From: a virus
Lineage: Duplodnaviria; Heunggongvirae; Uroviricota; Caudoviricetes
IMG/VR virus record: IMGVR_UViG_2585427757_000003
Direction: 5' to 3' (one strand)
DNA length: 7,207 bases
The notes under the pieces were generated by a model, which was not told where the DNA came from, did no database searches, and saw nothing but the letters and a program-made list of their open reading frames with translations. The position numbers were made by a program, and so were the translations under genes. Below are positions 1 to 7,207 of the stretch, piece by piece; position 1 is the stretch's first letter; each line of letters starts with the position of its first letter.

Positions 1-278
1 TGAACGTGTACTGCAGTAATGGCTGGGTGGAAATCGACAACAACATCGCAGAGAACGCCTTACGGGGAGTGGCCGTAGGCCGGAAAAACTGGCTGTTCGC
101 GGGTTCCGACAGCGGTGGCGAACATGCGGCGGTGTTGTACTCGCTGATCGGCACATGCCGTCTGAACAATGTGGAACCAGAAAAATGGCTGCGTTACGTC
201 ATTGAGCATATCCAGGATTGGCCGGCAAACCGGGTACGCGATCTGTTGCCCTGGAAAGTTGATCTGACCTCTCAGTAA
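1..278 (+). CDS. IS66-family transposase, C-terminal fragment (5'-truncated by window edge); stop TAA at 276-278
   Basis: The ORF runs in from the window edge with no true start. Its translation ...NALRGVAVGRKNWLFAGSDSGGEHAAVLYSLIGTCRLNNVEPEKWLRYVIEHIQDWPANRVRDLLPW matches, from memory, the conserved C-terminus of IS66-family TnpC-type transposases. An IS terminus follows about 30 nt downstream. Confidence 0.8.
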   Translation, partial: NVYCSNGWVEIDNNIAENALRGVAVGRKNWLFAGSDSGGEHAAVLYSLIGTCRLNNVEPEKWLRYVIEHIQDWPANRVRDLLPWKVDLTSQ

Positions 279-308
279 ATATCAATACGGTTCTGGCGAG
301 CCGCTTAC
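1..308 (+). mobile_element. Right end of an IS66-family insertion sequence (partial; rest lies left of the window)
   Basis: A transposase C-terminus is followed by 279-308 atatcaatacggttctggcgagccgcttac, which ends in ...TTAC (reverse complement GTAAGCGGCTCGCCAGAACC...), consistent with the GTAA-type terminal inverted repeats of IS66 elements. Lambda-like sequence (ccgtggaatgaacaATG) resumes directly at 308/309. Confidence 0.6.
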
Positions 309-321
309 CGTGGAATGAACA

Positions 322-841
322 ATGGAAGTCAACAAAAAGCAGCTGGCTGATATTTTCGGTGCGAGTATCCGTACCATTCAGAACTGGCAGGAGCAGGGAA
401 TGCCCGTTTTGCGAGGCGGTGGCAAGGGTAATGAGGTGCTTTATGATTCTGCCGCCGTCATAAAATGGTATGCCGAAAGGGATGCTGAAATTGAGAACGA
501 AAAGCTGCGCCGGGAGGTTGAAGAACTGCGGCTGGCCAGCGAGGCAGATCTTCACCCCGGAACACTTGAATTTGAGCGCCATCGCCTGACTCGTGCTCAG
601 GCGACGGCGCAGGAACTGAAAAATGCCAAAGAATCGGCTGAAGTGGTGGAAACCGCATTCTGTACTTTCGTGCTGTCGCGTATAGCAAGGGAAATATCCA
701 GTATTCTCGACGGTATTCCTCTGTCGGTGCAGCGACGTTTTCCTGAGCTGGATAACCGGCATATTGATTTCCTGAAACGGGATATCATCAAAGCCATGAA
801 CAAAGCAGCCGCGCTGGATGAACTGATACCGGGGTTGCTGA

Positions 842-867
<26 letters not shown>
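322..867 (+). CDS. nu1: Terminase small subunit (lambda gpNu1-like), 181 aa
   Basis: The translation MEVNKKQLADIFGASIRTIQNWQEQGMPVLRGGGKGNEVLYDSAAVIKWYAERD... is near-identical to lambda Nu1 as I recall it, including the N-terminal winged-HTH region. Length and position immediately upstream of A fit. Confidence 0.93.
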
Positions 868-4551
<3,684 letters not shown>

Positions 4552-4571
<20 letters not shown>

Positions 4572-5871
4572 TCTCCCGCATATTGCCAGCATGGCTTTTA
4601 ATGAGCCGCTGATGCTTGAACCCGCCTATGCGCGGGTTTTCTTTTGTGCGCTTGCAGGCCAGCTTGGGATCAGCCGCCTGACGGATGCAGTATCCGGCGA
4701 CAGCCTGACTGCCGGAGAGGCACCCGCGGCGCTGGCGTTATCCGGTGATGATGACGGACCACGACAGGCCCGCAGTTATCAGGTCATGAACGGCATCGCC
4801 GTGCTGCCGGTGTCCGGTACGCTGGTCAGCCGGACGCGGGCGCTGCAGCCGTATTCGGGAATGACCGGTTACAACGGCATTATCGCCCGTCTGCAACAGG
4901 CTGCCAGCGATCCGATGGTGGACGGCATTCTGCTGGATATGGACACACCGGGCGGGATGGTGGCGGGAGCATTTGACTGTGCTGACATCATCGCCCGTGT
5001 GCGAGACATAAAACCGGTATGGGCGCTGGCCAACGACATGAACTGCAGTGCAGGTCAGCTGCTTGCCAGCGCCGCCTCCCGGCGTCTGGTCACGCAGACC
5101 GCCCGGACAGGCTCCATCGGCGTCATGATGGCTCACAGTAATTACGGTGCTGCGCTGGAGAAACAGGGCGTGGAAATCACGCTGATTTACAGCGGCAGCC
5201 ATAAGGTGGATGGCAACCCCTACAGCCATCTACCGGATGATGTCCGGGAAACACTGCAGTCCCGGATGGATGCAACCCGCCGGATGTTTGCACAGAAGGT
5301 GTCGGCATATACCGGCCTGTCCGTGCAGGCTGTGCTGGATACCGAGGCTGCAGTGTACAGCGGTCAGGAGGCCATTGATGCCGGACTGGCTGATGAACTT
5401 GTGAACAGTACCGATGCGATCACCGTCATGCGTGATGCACTGGATGCACGTAAATCCCGTCTCTCAGGAGGGCGAATGACCAAAGAGACTCAATCAACAA
5501 CTGTTTCAGCCACTGCTTCGCAGGCTGACGTTACTGGCGTGGTGCCAGCGACGGAGGGCGAGAACGCCAGCGCTGCGCAGCCGGACGTGAACGCGCAGAT
5601 CACCGCAGCGGTTGCGGCAGAAAACAGTCGCATTATGGGGATCCTCAACTGTGAGGAGGCTCACGGACGCGAAGAACAGGCCCGCGTGCTGGCAGAAACC
5701 CCCGGTATGACCGTGGAAACGGCCCGCCGCATTCTGGCAGCTGCACCACAGAGTGCACAGGCGCGCAGTGACACTGCGCTGGATCGTCTGATGCAGGGGG
5801 CACCGGCACCGCTGGCTGCAGGTAACCCGGCATCTGATGCCGTTAACGATTTGCTGAACACACCAGTGTAA
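4552..5871 (+). CDS. C: Head maturation protease / scaffold (lambda gpC-like, S49-type serine peptidase), 439 aa, GTG start
   Basis: GTG at 4552-4554 is preceded by GGAGGAG at 4541-4547 and begins VTAELRNLPHIASMAFNEPLMLEPAYARVFF..., matching the lambda gpC N-terminus. Starting here gives 439 aa, the lambda gpC length. The upstream in-frame ATG at 4417 would add an extension that just reads the B 3' end in another frame. Confidence 0.85.
5266..5871 (+). CDS. nu3: Scaffolding protein (lambda gpNu3-like), in-frame internal start within C, 201 aa
   Basis: In lambda, Nu3 is translated from an internal in-frame start in the 3' part of C. The ATG at 5266-5268 (MDATRRMFAQKV...) sits at the equivalent offset (714 nt into C). 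This is inferred from gene architecture; no strong Shine-Dalgarno is visible. Confidence 0.5.
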   Translation: MDATRRMFAQKVSAYTGLSVQAVLDTEAAVYSGQEAIDAGLADELVNSTDAITVMRDALDARKSRLSGGRMTKETQSTTVSATASQADVTGVVPATEGENASAAQPDVNAQITAAVAAENSRIMGILNCEEAHGREEQARVLAETPGMTVETARRILAAAPQSAQARSDTALDRLMQGAPAPLAAGNPASDAVNDLLNTPV

Positions 5872-5880
5872 GGGATGTTT

Positions 5881-6213
5881 ATGACGAGCAAAGAAACCTT
5901 TACCCATTACCAGCCGCTGGGCAACAGTGACCCGGCTCATACCGCAACCGCGCCCGGCGGGTTGAGTGCGAAAGCGCCTGCAATGACCCCGCTGATGCTG
6001 GACACCTCCACCCGTAAGCTGGTTGCGTGGGATGGCACCACCGACGGTGCTGCCGTTGGCATTCTTGCAGTTGCTGCTGACCAGACCAGCACCACACTGA
6101 CGTTCTACAAGTCCGGCACGTTCCGTTATGAGGATGTGCTCTGGCCGGAGGCTGCCAGCGACGAGACGAAAAAACGGACCGCGTTTGCCGGAACGGCAAT
6201 CAGCATCGTTTAA
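5881..6213 (+). CDS. D: Head decoration protein (lambda gpD-like), 110 aa
   Basis: The translation [110 protein letters not shown] matches lambda gpD. I chose ATG 5881 over the ATG two codons upstream (5875) because it gives the 110-aa lambda length. Confidence 0.9.
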   Translation: MTSKETFTHYQPLGNSDPAHTATAPGGLSAKAPAMTPLMLDTSTRKLVAWDGTTDGAAVGILAVAADQTSTTLTFYKSGTFRYEDVLWPEAASDETKKRTAFAGTAISIV

Positions 6214-6230
6214 CTTTACCCTTCATCACT

Positions 6231-6255
6231 AAAGGCCGCCTGTGCGGCTTTTTTT
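6231..6255 (+). terminator. GC stem-loop plus T-run between D and E (terminator-like hairpin)
   Basis: GCCGC (6235-6239), loop CTGT, GCGGC (6244-6248), then TTTTTTT (6249-6255), with an AAA run before the stem. This is an intrinsic-terminator-like structure between D and E; whether it terminates under Q-antiterminated late transcription is unknown. Confidence 0.4.
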
Positions 6256-6268
6256 ACGGGATTTTTTT

Positions 6269-7207
<939 letters not shown>

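Noticed and set aside
199-762. 187-aa minus-strand ORF across the IS66 end, the junction and Nu1
   Set aside because: It spans the IS/prophage junction and is antisense to Nu1 with no motif support. Chance ORF.
6242-6268. Upstream start for E (MRLFLRDFFMSMY...) and the ATG at 5875 for D
   Set aside because: The 6242 start lies inside the D-E hairpin and T-run. ATG 6269 (MSMYTTAQ...) and ATG 5881 (MTSKETF...) reproduce the lambda protein N-termini.

Overview
This window is a lambda-like prophage head/packaging module on the + strand (Nu1, A, W, B, C with nested Nu3, D, E), bracketed and damaged by two insertion sequences. At the left edge (1-308) is the 3' end of an IS66-family element, whose terminus sits about 13 nt upstream of the Nu1 start where lambda carries cosB. 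At the right, the major capsid gene E is cut after codon 186 (about 6827) by an IS110-family element that I recognise as IS621-like. Its visible part is a short left end, a ~177-nt structured non-coding region (6842-7018) matching the IS621 bridge RNA, and the first 63 codons of the DEDD recombinase running off the window. The bridge RNA, which guides the recombinase to its target and donor DNA, is the most interesting feature. The prophage is most likely cryptic, since the capsid gene is broken and cos is displaced, although Nu1 through D look intact. All protein identifications come from reading the supplied translations and recalling the phage lambda and IS families from memory; no database search was run.
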